A DNA stretch of 18,725 nt from positions 1 to 18,725 of the forward strand of contig CAYQJO010000067.1 in the NCBI GenBank assembly GCA_964417785.1, read 5' to 3'. The stretch's first letter is position 1. The number at the start of each line of letters is the position of its first letter. The notes under the pieces are model-generated. The model saw nothing but the letters and a program-made list of their open reading frames with translations. It did no database searches and had not been told where the DNA came from. The position numbers were made by a program, and so were the translations under genes. Shown in pieces: positions 1-7,885 of this stretch. Source of the DNA: an uncultured Anaerolineaceae bacterium. GTDB lineage: Bacteria; Chloroflexota; Anaerolineae; Aggregatilineales; Phototrophicaceae.

Positions 1-44
1 CTGTTTGTGGCATCCTGTAAACATCGATAACAGGAGAAACAAAC

Positions 45-914
45 ATGTCTGAACTTTTCGCAAATCTCTCAGATGCTCTGGCCGACACCGTTGAGCAGGT
101 GTCGGCGGGTGTGGTGCGTGTGGATGGCCGCCGCCGACTGAGTGCGACTGGAATCGTCTGGCGCGACGGTGTTATCGTCAGCGCCAACCACGTTGTCCGC
201 TTTGACGAGGGGCTGAAGGTTGGTCTGCCTGACGGTGAGACGGTCCCGGCATCACTGGTGGGCCGCGATCAAAACACCGACATCGCTGTTCTGAAGGTCG
301 AAGCCGGGATTGCGCCAGTGGCAGTCGCCGCTGATGCGCTGCGTGCCGGCCATCTGGTGCTGGCGTTGGGACGCCCGCGCAATAACATCCAGGCGACATT
401 GGGGGTGGTCAGCGCCACCGGTGAGGGGCGCATGGACGGTGCAATCCAGACCGATGTGGTCATGTATCCGGGCTTCTCAGGTGGGCCGCTGGTGGATGCA
501 TCAGGCAAGGTTCAGGGCATGAACACCTCCGGCTTTATGCGTGGAGCCAGCATCGCCCTGTCATCATCCCTGGTCAACCGGGTGATCGACATATTGCTGG
601 CGCACGGTCACATGCGTCAGGGATACCTGGGTATCGGCGTGCAGCCGGTGCGTCTGCCAGAGGAGGCCGCCGCTGAAACCAATCAGGAGACCGGCCTGAT
701 GGTGGCTTCGGTAGAGTCCGGCAGTCCTGCTGCCAGCGCCGGGGTACTGCTGGGCGATATTGTCACCGCGCTGGACGGCCAGCCGACACCCCATCTGGAC
801 TCACTGCTCGGTATGTTGGGCGGTGACCGTGTGGGTTCGACCGTGCCGATCAAGCTGATACGCGGTGGTGCATGGCAGGAACTCAGCGTGACGATTGGGG
901 AGAAGCAGTCGTGA
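45..914 (+). CDS. Trypsin-like S1C serine protease with a single C-terminal PDZ domain (HtrA/DegP-like). No N-terminal signal peptide is apparent.
   Basis: Catalytic triad motifs are present: SANHVV (His), NTDIAVLKV (Asp) and GFSGGPLVD (Ser). The C-terminal region GIGVQPV...GDIVTALDG is PDZ-like. An AGGAG ribosome-binding site sits 9 nt upstream of the ATG at 45. Confidence 0.8.
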   Translation: MSELFANLSDALADTVEQVSAGVVRVDGRRRLSATGIVWRDGVIVSANHVVRFDEGLKVGLPDGETVPASLVGRDQNTDIAVLKVEAGIAPVAVAADALRAGHLVLALGRPRNNIQATLGVVSATGEGRMDGAIQTDVVMYPGFSGGPLVDASGKVQGMNTSGFMRGASIALSSSLVNRVIDILLAHGHMRQGYLGIGVQPVRLPEEAAAETNQETGLMVASVESGSPAASAGVLLGDIVTALDGQPTPHLDSLLGMLGGDRVGSTVPIKLIRGGAWQELSVTIGEKQS

Positions 915-1170
915 GTCTGCTCTAGCAGTTCCTCAAAGCCAAAATCCACGCCACCATCGTGTAGAATCCGCAGGGCGCGTAATGGTGCCTATGGTCCTTG
1001 ACGCGCCCGCCAAATAGGGCAAAACCTCACAGGTTTGTTGTGCGAAGTGCATAATAATGGCTGAATATCACATGAGAGTCGCGTGTATAACGATAATTTT
1101 TACATATTTCTAATGTGGGTGCTTTGCGACCCTTGTGCAGATATGCTATTCTCTCGCCACTATTCCAATA

Positions 1171-1217
1171 CATAGAATAGAGTTGCGAATGTGGGTAAGC
1201 TCTATGTCATTCGCAAC
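1171..1217. promoter_or_regulatory. Two overlapping inverted repeats in the leader of the ABC operon: CATAGA (1171-1176) pairing with TCTATG (1201-1206), and GTTGCGAATG (1183-1192) pairing with CATTCGCAAC (1208-1217). Candidate operator or alternative RNA hairpins.
   Basis: The second is a perfect 10-bp inverted repeat with a 15-nt spacer, about 35 nt upstream of the SBP start codon. The first is a 6-bp inverted repeat. Their overlap means only one RNA fold can form at a time. The half-site TTGCGA recurs at 1127-1132. Confidence 0.3.
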
Positions 1218-1252
1218 GCCAGATTGTATTTGTTTCAGGAGGAGCAGTTTAC

Positions 1253-2956
1253 ATGAAACGATTGACCCGTTTTGTCGGTTTGAGCCTTGCGCTCATTATG
1301 GTCATGGGACTCGGCTTCGGTGCCGTCAGCGCTCAGGACGAGACCACCATTGTGATCGGGTGGGAGCAGGAACCCAACCAGCTTTCCCCGATTGTGGCGA
1401 TGACCTTTGCCTCGGTGATGCAGCAGTTCTACCAGCGCGACGTCTGGGACTGGGACACCAACAACCAGATTTACCCTGTGATGGTGGAAGAAATCCCTTC
1501 ATTTGATAACGGTATGGTCGAGACCTTGGAAAGCGGTAACACCCAGGTGACCTACAATCTGCGTGAAGGCATGATGTGGTCCGATGGTGAAGCAATCACC
1601 AGCGCCGACTGCGAATTCTGGCATTCAGAAATCATGATGAAGCCGGAGTCGGGTACCATTCAGCGTGGTACATACCCCGAGGTCGTTGAGAGCTTCGAGG
1701 TCGTGGATGACTACACCTTCGTCATGACCTACAGCGTTCCCTTCCCGGACTTCCTGTCGCAGAACACCGCCACCTGTGGCTATCCGGAGCATATTCTGCG
1801 CCCGCAGCTTGAAGAGTTCGGCACGCTGGACGATGCCCCGTTCTTCACCGTGAACGCGGTTTCGGATATGGTTGGTTATGGTCCCTACGTTTTCGGAAAC
1901 TGGACCATCGGCAGCGAAGCGACCTGGGTGAAAAACGACATGTGGGACGGTCAGGAACCGGCCATCGACCGCATTATCGCCCGCTTCATCCCCGAAGCTG
2001 CCCAGATGCGTAACGCGCTGGAAGCCGGTGAAATCGACATGGCCTTCAACTTCGCCGACGATCAGGTGGATGCTTACCTGGAAATCCCCGGTGTTGAAGT
2101 CTGGAGTACTCCCGGTGTCTATGGTGATGCCATCTGGATCAACTACGGCAACAACGTAGAAGGTTCACCGCTGGAAGACGTCAATGTGCGTAAGGCCATC
2201 ATCCACGCGATTGATCGTGTCTCCCTGGCGGAAGAACTGGTCGGCCCCGGTACAGACGTGCCGCGTAGCTGGTACGCGCAGCAGTTCTGGCCTTCGGAAG
2301 AAGACCTGCCGCTGATCGAGTATGATCCCGAAATGGCCGCTCAACTTCTGGATGAAGCCGGCTGGACCCTGGATGAAAATGCTACGATCCGCACCAACGC
2401 CGATGGCGATCAGTTGATCCTCCGCTTCTTCACCACCAGTGGCCGCCAGATCCGTGAAAACTACCAGGTTTTCATCGCAGACTACCTGGGCGAGGTCGGC
2501 ATCAGCGTTCAGCTTCTGCCCATCCCCTCCGGTATCCTGTTCGACACATTCGTCAATCGCGGTGTTCTCTCCACTGGCGACTTCGACCTGGCTCTGTTCG
2601 CACTGAGTACCGATCCGCTTTCGCCCTTCGCGGATGCGCCCACCTGGCTGGGTTGCTCGGGTCTGCCTACAGCCGAGAACCCCAGTGGCCGTAACGGTTG
2701 GGGGGCCTGCTCGCCAGAATTTGACGAACTTGACCTCCAGGTCGGCACAACCGTCGATCCGGAAGAGCGTATGCAACTGGCGCACCAGGCTCAGGTTGAG
2801 TTGTTCGGTGATGAGCAGTTCTGGCACGGCCTGTACCTGCGTCCCACCTGGTACGCGGTCCAGAGCGAAGTTTTCGATCCCAACACGATGCAGGACCTGG
2901 GTACACTGAGCAGCAACTGGTTCAACAAGGTGGAATTCTGGCAGCCGGCCAGCTAA
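1253..2956 (+). CDS. ABC transporter substrate-binding protein, family 5 (peptide/nickel/opine type, DppA/OppA-like), secreted.
   Basis: It has an N-terminal signal peptide MKRLTRFVGLSLALIMVMGLGFGAVSAQ and the length (567 aa) and composition typical of SBP_bac_5. The site GGAGGAG lies 8 nt upstream of the start codon. Two DppB/DppC-type permease genes follow. Confidence 0.85.
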   Translation: MKRLTRFVGLSLALIMVMGLGFGAVSAQDETTIVIGWEQEPNQLSPIVAMTFASVMQQFYQRDVWDWDTNNQIYPVMVEEIPSFDNGMVETLESGNTQVTYNLREGMMWSDGEAITSADCEFWHSEIMMKPESGTIQRGTYPEVVESFEVVDDYTFVMTYSVPFPDFLSQNTATCGYPEHILRPQLEEFGTLDDAPFFTVNAVSDMVGYGPYVFGNWTIGSEATWVKNDMWDGQEPAIDRIIARFIPEAAQMRNALEAGEIDMAFNFADDQVDAYLEIPGVEVWSTPGVYGDAIWINYGNNVEGSPLEDVNVRKAIIHAIDRVSLAEELVGPGTDVPRSWYAQQFWPSEEDLPLIEYDPEMAAQLLDEAGWTLDENATIRTNADGDQLILRFFTTSGRQIRENYQVFIADYLGEVGISVQLLPIPSGILFDTFVNRGVLSTGDFDLALFALSTDPLSPFADAPTWLGCSGLPTAENPSGRNGWGACSPEFDELDLQVGTTVDPEERMQLAHQAQVELFGDEQFWHGLYLRPTWYAVQSEVFDPNTMQDLGTLSSNWFNKVEFWQPAS

Positions 2957-2979
2957 TTCCTGATACGTAAGTCTGAATG

Positions 2980-3010
2980 GGGGAGCGTGTTGCTACGCTC
3001 CCCTTGTTGA
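2980..3010 (+). terminator. Intra-operon hairpin between the substrate-binding protein gene and the first permease gene (GGGGAGCGT-gttgct-ACGCTCCCC, then TTGTTG). Likely a partial terminator or mRNA-stabilising stem-loop.
   Basis: A perfect 9-bp GC-rich stem (2980-2988 pairing with 2995-3003) with a 6-nt loop is followed by a T-containing tract. Placement immediately after the SBP stop codon is the classic arrangement that gives excess SBP transcript. Confidence 0.45.
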
Positions 3011-3031
3011 GTCCCCAGGAAGGACCGCACC

Positions 3032-4063
3032 ATGACGAAATATGTACTGCGCCGGCTGTTTCAGGCTGTGCCACTGATTATTCTTATCACGGTTTTCGTG
3101 TTTCTTCTGCTGAAGACTGCCGGTGATCCGCTGGCGGAGATGTCGTTGGACCCCAACTTTACCGAAGCCGACCGGTTGTTGTTCCGTGCGCGTTTTGGTC
3201 TGGACGATCCACTGCCGCTGCAATTCGTCCACTGGTTGATCGGGGATGACTGGTACAAACGTGACATCAACGGTGATGGCGAACCCGATGAATATGGGAC
3301 ACGTCTGGGCATCCTGCGCGGCGACCTGGGAGACTCGATCTCGTTCCGAAAACCGGTTTCCGAAGTGATCGGTGACTTCCTGCCCAATACGCTGCTGCTC
3401 GGTGTAACCGCTTATGTCTTCACGCTGGTGGTTTCGCTGGTCCTGGGGGTTTTGGCGGCCCTACGCCAGTATACATTGTTTGATAATGTCGTCACAGCAG
3501 GGGCTTTCATAACCTACTCCATACCCGTGTTCCTGCTCGCATTGATCCTGGTGCAGGTATTTGCGATTCAATTTGGCCGATGGGGATTGCCCAGTTTACC
3601 GGTATCGGGTATGTACGATCCACGCGGTGACGAAAGTCTTGACGAACTGCTGCGGCATATGGTCCTGCCGGTATTGAGCCTGTCGCTCATCAGCATTGCC
3701 GGCTACAGTCGCTACATCCGTTCATCCATGCTGGAAGTGATTAACACCGATTATGTGCGTACAGCCCGTGCGAAAGGTCTGGGCGAACGCCGGATTGTTT
3801 TTCTCCATGCCTTGAAAAACGCGGCTCTGCCGTTGATTACGCTGGTGGGACTGGACCTGCCCTTCATCCTGGGCGGGGCCATCATCACGGAGACGATTTT
3901 CTCCTGGCCGGGAATGGGGCGTATGTATATTCAGGCGCTCAACGGTCTGGATTCGGCGTTGCTGATCGCCTTTGTGTTGATGACGGCGGTGGCGGTGGTG
4001 CTGTTCCAGTTGTTTACAGACATCACCTATGCGTGGCTCGATCCGCGTATCCGGTTTGATTAG
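3032..4063 (+). CDS. ABC transporter permease, DppB/OppB-like.
   Basis: The N-terminus MTKYVLRRLFQAVPLIILITVFVFLLL is typical of OppB/DppB. It has multiple transmembrane segments and the conserved permease loop. The site AGGAAGGA lies upstream of the ATG. Confidence 0.85.
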   Translation: MTKYVLRRLFQAVPLIILITVFVFLLLKTAGDPLAEMSLDPNFTEADRLLFRARFGLDDPLPLQFVHWLIGDDWYKRDINGDGEPDEYGTRLGILRGDLGDSISFRKPVSEVIGDFLPNTLLLGVTAYVFTLVVSLVLGVLAALRQYTLFDNVVTAGAFITYSIPVFLLALILVQVFAIQFGRWGLPSLPVSGMYDPRGDESLDELLRHMVLPVLSLSLISIAGYSRYIRSSMLEVINTDYVRTARAKGLGERRIVFLHALKNAALPLITLVGLDLPFILGGAIITETIFSWPGMGRMYIQALNGLDSALLIAFVLMTAVAVVLFQLFTDITYAWLDPRIRFD

Positions 4064-4081
4064 TCAGGGAGATCATCTGAT

Positions 4082-5032
4082 ATGGCTACCGTTTCCCAGA
4101 GTGCGGACAATGTTGTGGCGCTGGAAGCAGAGAAGCGGCAGGCGGACAGCCTGTGGAAAATTATGCGCCGCCGCTTTTTCGGCCACCGGATGGCCGTGTT
4201 CGGCGTTTTCCTGTTAACTGTGATCGCTGCGTATGTTGTCGGCGGGTCGTTCTTCTTATCCGAAGCCGACGCCAACAAAACCAACCTCCGCGCTCGGTTG
4301 GAAGCGCCCAGCGCTGAATACCCCTTTGGTACCGATGAGGCCGGGCGCAATGTGCTGGCACGGACGATCTACGGTGGGCAGATTTCCCTGGCAATCGGTG
4401 TGGTATCCGTTGTAATTTCGATCAGTATGGGGACGGTTGTCGGACTGGTCGCCGGGTACTTTGGTGGTCTGGTCGATGCCCTCCTCATGCGCATTGTCGA
4501 AGCCCTGCTGGCGATCCCGGTGCTGGTGCTGCTGTTGATGCTCAACCGGATTTTCATCGAGTACAACACCTCGAACGTGGTCATTTTAGGGCGTGAGCTA
4601 AGCCTGACGGTGGTGGCGATTATTATCATCATCGGTTTCACTGGCTGGATGGGGCTTTCGCGGATTGTTCGGTCGATGGTGCTTTCGCTCAAAGAGCAGG
4701 AATTTGTTCTGGCGGCCCGCACGATGGGTGCGGGCAGTGCGCGTATTATCTTCCTCCATATTCTGCCCAACTGCATCGCGCCGATTGTGGTAGCGGCGAC
4801 CCTGGGCATCGGACAGGCCATTATCATTGAGACGGCGCTGAGCTTCCTCGGATTTGGCGTCATGCCGCCGACGGCAACCTGGGGCAACATCATCGAAAAC
4901 GCACGCGGCAACATTGATGACTGGTGGTGGTTGTGGGTGTTCCCCGGCATCTTCATCACGGTCACGGTGCTGTCAATTAACTTTATTGGCGATGGTTTGC
5001 GCGACGCCCTTGACCCACGCAGCTTGAAGTGA
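4082..5032 (+). CDS. ABC transporter permease, DppC/OppC-like.
   Basis: It has multiple transmembrane helices and the permease loop IETALSFLGFG. A GGGAG ribosome-binding site sits 8 nt upstream. The gap to the preceding permease gene is 18 nt. Confidence 0.85.
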   Translation: MATVSQSADNVVALEAEKRQADSLWKIMRRRFFGHRMAVFGVFLLTVIAAYVVGGSFFLSEADANKTNLRARLEAPSAEYPFGTDEAGRNVLARTIYGGQISLAIGVVSVVISISMGTVVGLVAGYFGGLVDALLMRIVEALLAIPVLVLLLMLNRIFIEYNTSNVVILGRELSLTVVAIIIIIGFTGWMGLSRIVRSMVLSLKEQEFVLAARTMGAGSARIIFLHILPNCIAPIVVAATLGIGQAIIIETALSFLGFGVMPPTATWGNIIENARGNIDDWWWLWVFPGIFITVTVLSINFIGDGLRDALDPRSLK

Positions 5033-5055
5033 TGTAGGCTATAATCCACACCGGG

Positions 5056-6069
5056 ATGTACCCGGTTTGGAGCCTGTTTTTGCCGACGATCCGTATACCA
5101 CAGCCTGGTGAACTGCCAACCGCGACTGATATGAGTCGGGTGGCTGTAGACGGTGACCGTATCACCGGACACATGACGGTTGCTCGCCATACCCTGCGTT
5201 ATGGCCGGGCCATGCTGCGGATTGCCGCTGTCAGCTATGATGGCGTTCATACCGGGGAGTTGATGCGTGATCTGCTCCCTACGATGATCGAACAGGGCGC
5301 ACATCTGGCGCTGGTCTATGATCGCCATGATGTGTTTGGTGATTTCGGCTTCAGTGCCGTCTGGCCGGAATATCGTTTTGAATTTGACGCCGCTGCCGCA
5401 GCGGCGCTTTCCCCATCACGCCTGCTCCGTCCCCCCCTCATGCAAGAGATTCCCTTACTGGCTGACCTGTACGACCGTCACTGGTCGGCGCGGATTTCGC
5501 TGCTGCGCACTGCCGAGACCTGGATGCAGCGTGCCGGTGATCCGGTCCGTGTGCTACCCGGTTCGGATTCGACGCTGGACGGTTACATTGTGGACCGGGG
5601 AGACGGCTGCGTTGAGGCCGTTGTGGATACAGCACCGGCGGCGCTGGCGGTGCTGGCTGAGGCGGGACACCATTACCAGAATGGGACGATACGCTGGTTG
5701 GTGCCGCCCGATGATGCCCTGGTGTTTTTCGCCCGGCGCTGGCTCGATGTGACCGTCAGCGCCCACTATCCGCTGCATGGCGGTTGGCTGGGACGTCTCG
5801 TCGACGCTGCCGCGTTGATAACGGAACTGATGCCGGAGATCAGCGCCCAGGCTGGTATCGACCCGGCACTGCTGACCATTCACTGCCGGCCTAACACGGT
5901 CTCTATCGGCTTCGGCGGTCACGACATCCGGCTGGATTACCGCGATTTTATGCAGGTGATGTTCGGGGCAGTCAATCCGGCGATGGTAGCGGACAGCGCC
6001 GGAGCCAGCCTGTTGCAGGCATTGTTCCCGCCGCGTGTTGCCGCCCTCGGCTGTTGGGATTGGTTTTAG
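5056..6069 (+). CDS. Hypothetical protein of 337 aa. A possible Eis-like acetyltransferase/SCP2-type fold is very tentative. The start codon is uncertain: ATG 5056 or ATG 5131.
   Basis: A long ORF with protein-like composition lies 23 nt after the permease gene. A TATAAT hexamer at 5040-5045 sits immediately upstream. There are no recognisable catalytic motifs. Confidence 0.55.
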   Translation: MYPVWSLFLPTIRIPQPGELPTATDMSRVAVDGDRITGHMTVARHTLRYGRAMLRIAAVSYDGVHTGELMRDLLPTMIEQGAHLALVYDRHDVFGDFGFSAVWPEYRFEFDAAAAAALSPSRLLRPPLMQEIPLLADLYDRHWSARISLLRTAETWMQRAGDPVRVLPGSDSTLDGYIVDRGDGCVEAVVDTAPAALAVLAEAGHHYQNGTIRWLVPPDDALVFFARRWLDVTVSAHYPLHGGWLGRLVDAAALITELMPEISAQAGIDPALLTIHCRPNTVSIGFGGHDIRLDYRDFMQVMFGAVNPAMVADSAGASLLQALFPPRVAALGCWDWF

Positions 6070-6081
6070 AAAGGCCATTGA

Positions 6082-7041
6082 TTGATCTATTTGATACGAA
6101 CATTGATCGGTGCATACGGTCTGGGTGTTCTGGGTGTTCTGGGTGGCCGGATTGTCATCGGGGAAACCTGGACCGTTATCGCGTTCTTCAATGCCATCCT
6201 CGATCTGGTGTTGTTTCCGTCACTGGTACTGCTGCCGCTGGCATTGCTGCTGCGCCAGCGCTTCGTCGCGACGTTGATGCTGCCACCGATTCTGGCCCTG
6301 GTTGGCTGGTATGCGCCGCTGCTGGTCGTCAGTGGGTCAGTACAATCAGCGGAAGATGCCGCCAGTCGTCTGTCGCTGGTGAGCTATAACGTCAACGGTC
6401 ATAACGACGACTTTGAAGCGATTGCCACCGTCCTGCGAGAGATGAACGCCGATGTGGTGGTGTTGCAGGAGTTGGGGCCGGCGCTGGCGGATTATCTGCT
6501 GGCCGCTATCGGCGATGACTATCCCTTCAACACGTTACAGGTCAATGTGCGCCATGCCATATACGGTGAAGGGGTTCTCAGCCGCCACGAGATTGTTGAA
6601 TCCAGCACATGGATGGGCGAACTGGGCGGCAACCAGCGGGTGTTGATCCAGGTAGGCGATGGACAGGTGGCGGTCTACAACATCCATGCAGCCTACCCGT
6701 TTGTGGTCGGTGGTTTCGACAGCCGCCGCCGTGATGTCTCCACAATCCTCGAACTGGCTGCTGCTGAAACGGTGCCGGTCATACTGGCTGGTGACTTCAA
6801 CCTGACGCCGCGCTCCGAGGACTATGATCGGCTGGTCAGCACGTATGTCGATGTCCACGCAGCGGTCGGCAGTGGTTTGGGTTATACCTTTACCCCGCGC
6901 TTCAGCCCGATCCCGCTGGCCCGCATTGATTATATCTTTGTCGATGAACGGCTGACACCGCTGCGAATTCGCGTCGGTTCTGATACTGGCGGGTCCGATC
7001 ATTCTCCGGTATGGGTGACTATAACCGGCGAATCTGAATAA
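6082..7041 (+). CDS. Endonuclease/exonuclease/phosphatase (EEP) family protein with an N-terminal polytopic membrane anchor.
   Basis: The EEP motifs are LVSYNVNGHND, VVVLQELGP, ILAGDFNLTPRSEDYDRL and GGSDHSPVWVTI. About 90 N-terminal residues form 2-3 hydrophobic helices. The start is an alternative codon (TTG at 6082, with AAAGG upstream). A tandem GTGTTCTGG repeat lies at 6122-6143. Confidence 0.75.
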   Translation: MIYLIRTLIGAYGLGVLGVLGGRIVIGETWTVIAFFNAILDLVLFPSLVLLPLALLLRQRFVATLMLPPILALVGWYAPLLVVSGSVQSAEDAASRLSLVSYNVNGHNDDFEAIATVLREMNADVVVLQELGPALADYLLAAIGDDYPFNTLQVNVRHAIYGEGVLSRHEIVESSTWMGELGGNQRVLIQVGDGQVAVYNIHAAYPFVVGGFDSRRRDVSTILELAAAETVPVILAGDFNLTPRSEDYDRLVSTYVDVHAAVGSGLGYTFTPRFSPIPLARIDYIFVDERLTPLRIRVGSDTGGSDHSPVWVTITGESE

Positions 7042-7885
7042 AGTCGACTTTTGCCACGTTTTCGGCGCAGGTGTTGCGGGTGAAGATCATGATCTCCTCC
7101 GATAGTGGCACACCGGCAGGGCTGTACAACTGGACGTTATACTGCCCTTCGGTTGGAGTCCCACCCAGATTAAACTCGTAGCCGCCCGGACCCATCGCCA
7201 GCGCCGCCCCACTAAAAACCCGCACGGTAAGCCTGTCGGGGTCCTGCACATCGATGATCCGTATCGAGTAGTTGTCCAGTGCTTCCCCGTCCAACCCGCG
7301 CACGGTCCCGGCGATGCTGCTCCAGTTGCAGCCGCGCTCGTTGGTGTTGGTCGTATAAGTTACACCCGCTTCACTGACGGCGAACGGGTACAGCGTTTCG
7401 GGATCAACCGGCGTAGGCATGACGCTGGCCGTCGGTGTTTCAGTAGGAATGGGTGTGATATCACCCGCTGCTTCGGCGGTCAGGGTGACGAAATAGGTGG
7501 CGACGGCAGCAGCATCGGACGTCATGGATACCTCGATAAAGGGTGTGGGGGGCGCGAACGGATTCAGCGGCGTATAGTGGTCTTCGTAGATCAGCAGGTA
7601 ATAACGCGCCAGCGCTACCGTCGCAAGCAAGAAAAATACGGCCACCACATCATGTCGCCAGTTGCCCTGCCGCCGTTTGCGTTTTGGCGGGCGCTGGCGC
7701 GGACGCTTTTCCGGTTCCAGCGCGGGCAGGGGCGGGAAGCGCTCCTCCGGCGGGGTGTACTTCACCGGTACGACCGCGTCCTCTACCACCTCCACATCGT
7801 CAGGCCGGGTCAGACTCTCCTGGATTTCGTCCCAGTTCGGCTCGTCCTGCTCCGGCGGATTATTGCCACGACCGAACAATCTCAT
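7019..7885 (-). CDS. Membrane protein, paralog B. It has a Pro/Arg/Lys-rich cytoplasmic N-terminal region of about 75 aa, one transmembrane helix, a PT-rich linker and a roughly 115-aa two-cysteine C-terminal domain.
   Basis: The basic stretch RPRQRPPKRKRRQGNWRHD is followed by the transmembrane helix VVAVFFLLATVALARYYLLIY. The linker is PIPTETPTASVMPTPVDPET. The C-terminal domain (GCNWSSIAGTVRGLDGE ... NTCAENVAKVDFIQIRRL) aligns with the C-terminus of the upstream gene at 7882..8649. There is a 4-bp start/stop overlap with that gene. Confidence 0.7.
   Translation of the reverse strand: MRLFGRGNNPPEQDEPNWDEIQESLTRPDDVEVVEDAVVPVKYTPPEERFPPLPALEPEKRPRQRPPKRKRRQGNWRHDVVAVFFLLATVALARYYLLIYEDHYTPLNPFAPPTPFIEVSMTSDAAAVATYFVTLTAEAAGDITPIPTETPTASVMPTPVDPETLYPFAVSEAGVTYTTNTNERGCNWSSIAGTVRGLDGEALDNYSIRIIDVQDPDRLTVRVFSGAALAMGPGGYEFNLGGTPTEGQYNVQLYSPAGVPLSEEIMIFTRNTCAENVAKVDFIQIRRL

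Noticed and set aside
973-1010. Inverted repeat GGGCGCGT ... ACGCGCCC, with a 20-nt loop, after the protease gene. A possible terminator.
   Set aside because: The loop is long and no U-tract follows, so I cannot support it as an intrinsic terminator. It may simply be GC-rich coincidence.
4369-6078. Long minus-strand ORFs (319 aa and 174 aa) overlapping the permease gene and the 337-aa gene.
   Set aside because: They are antisense to a permease with a clear EAA loop and multiple transmembrane helices. They lack ribosome-binding sites and are Arg/Pro/His-rich as expected of GC-rich out-of-frame translation.
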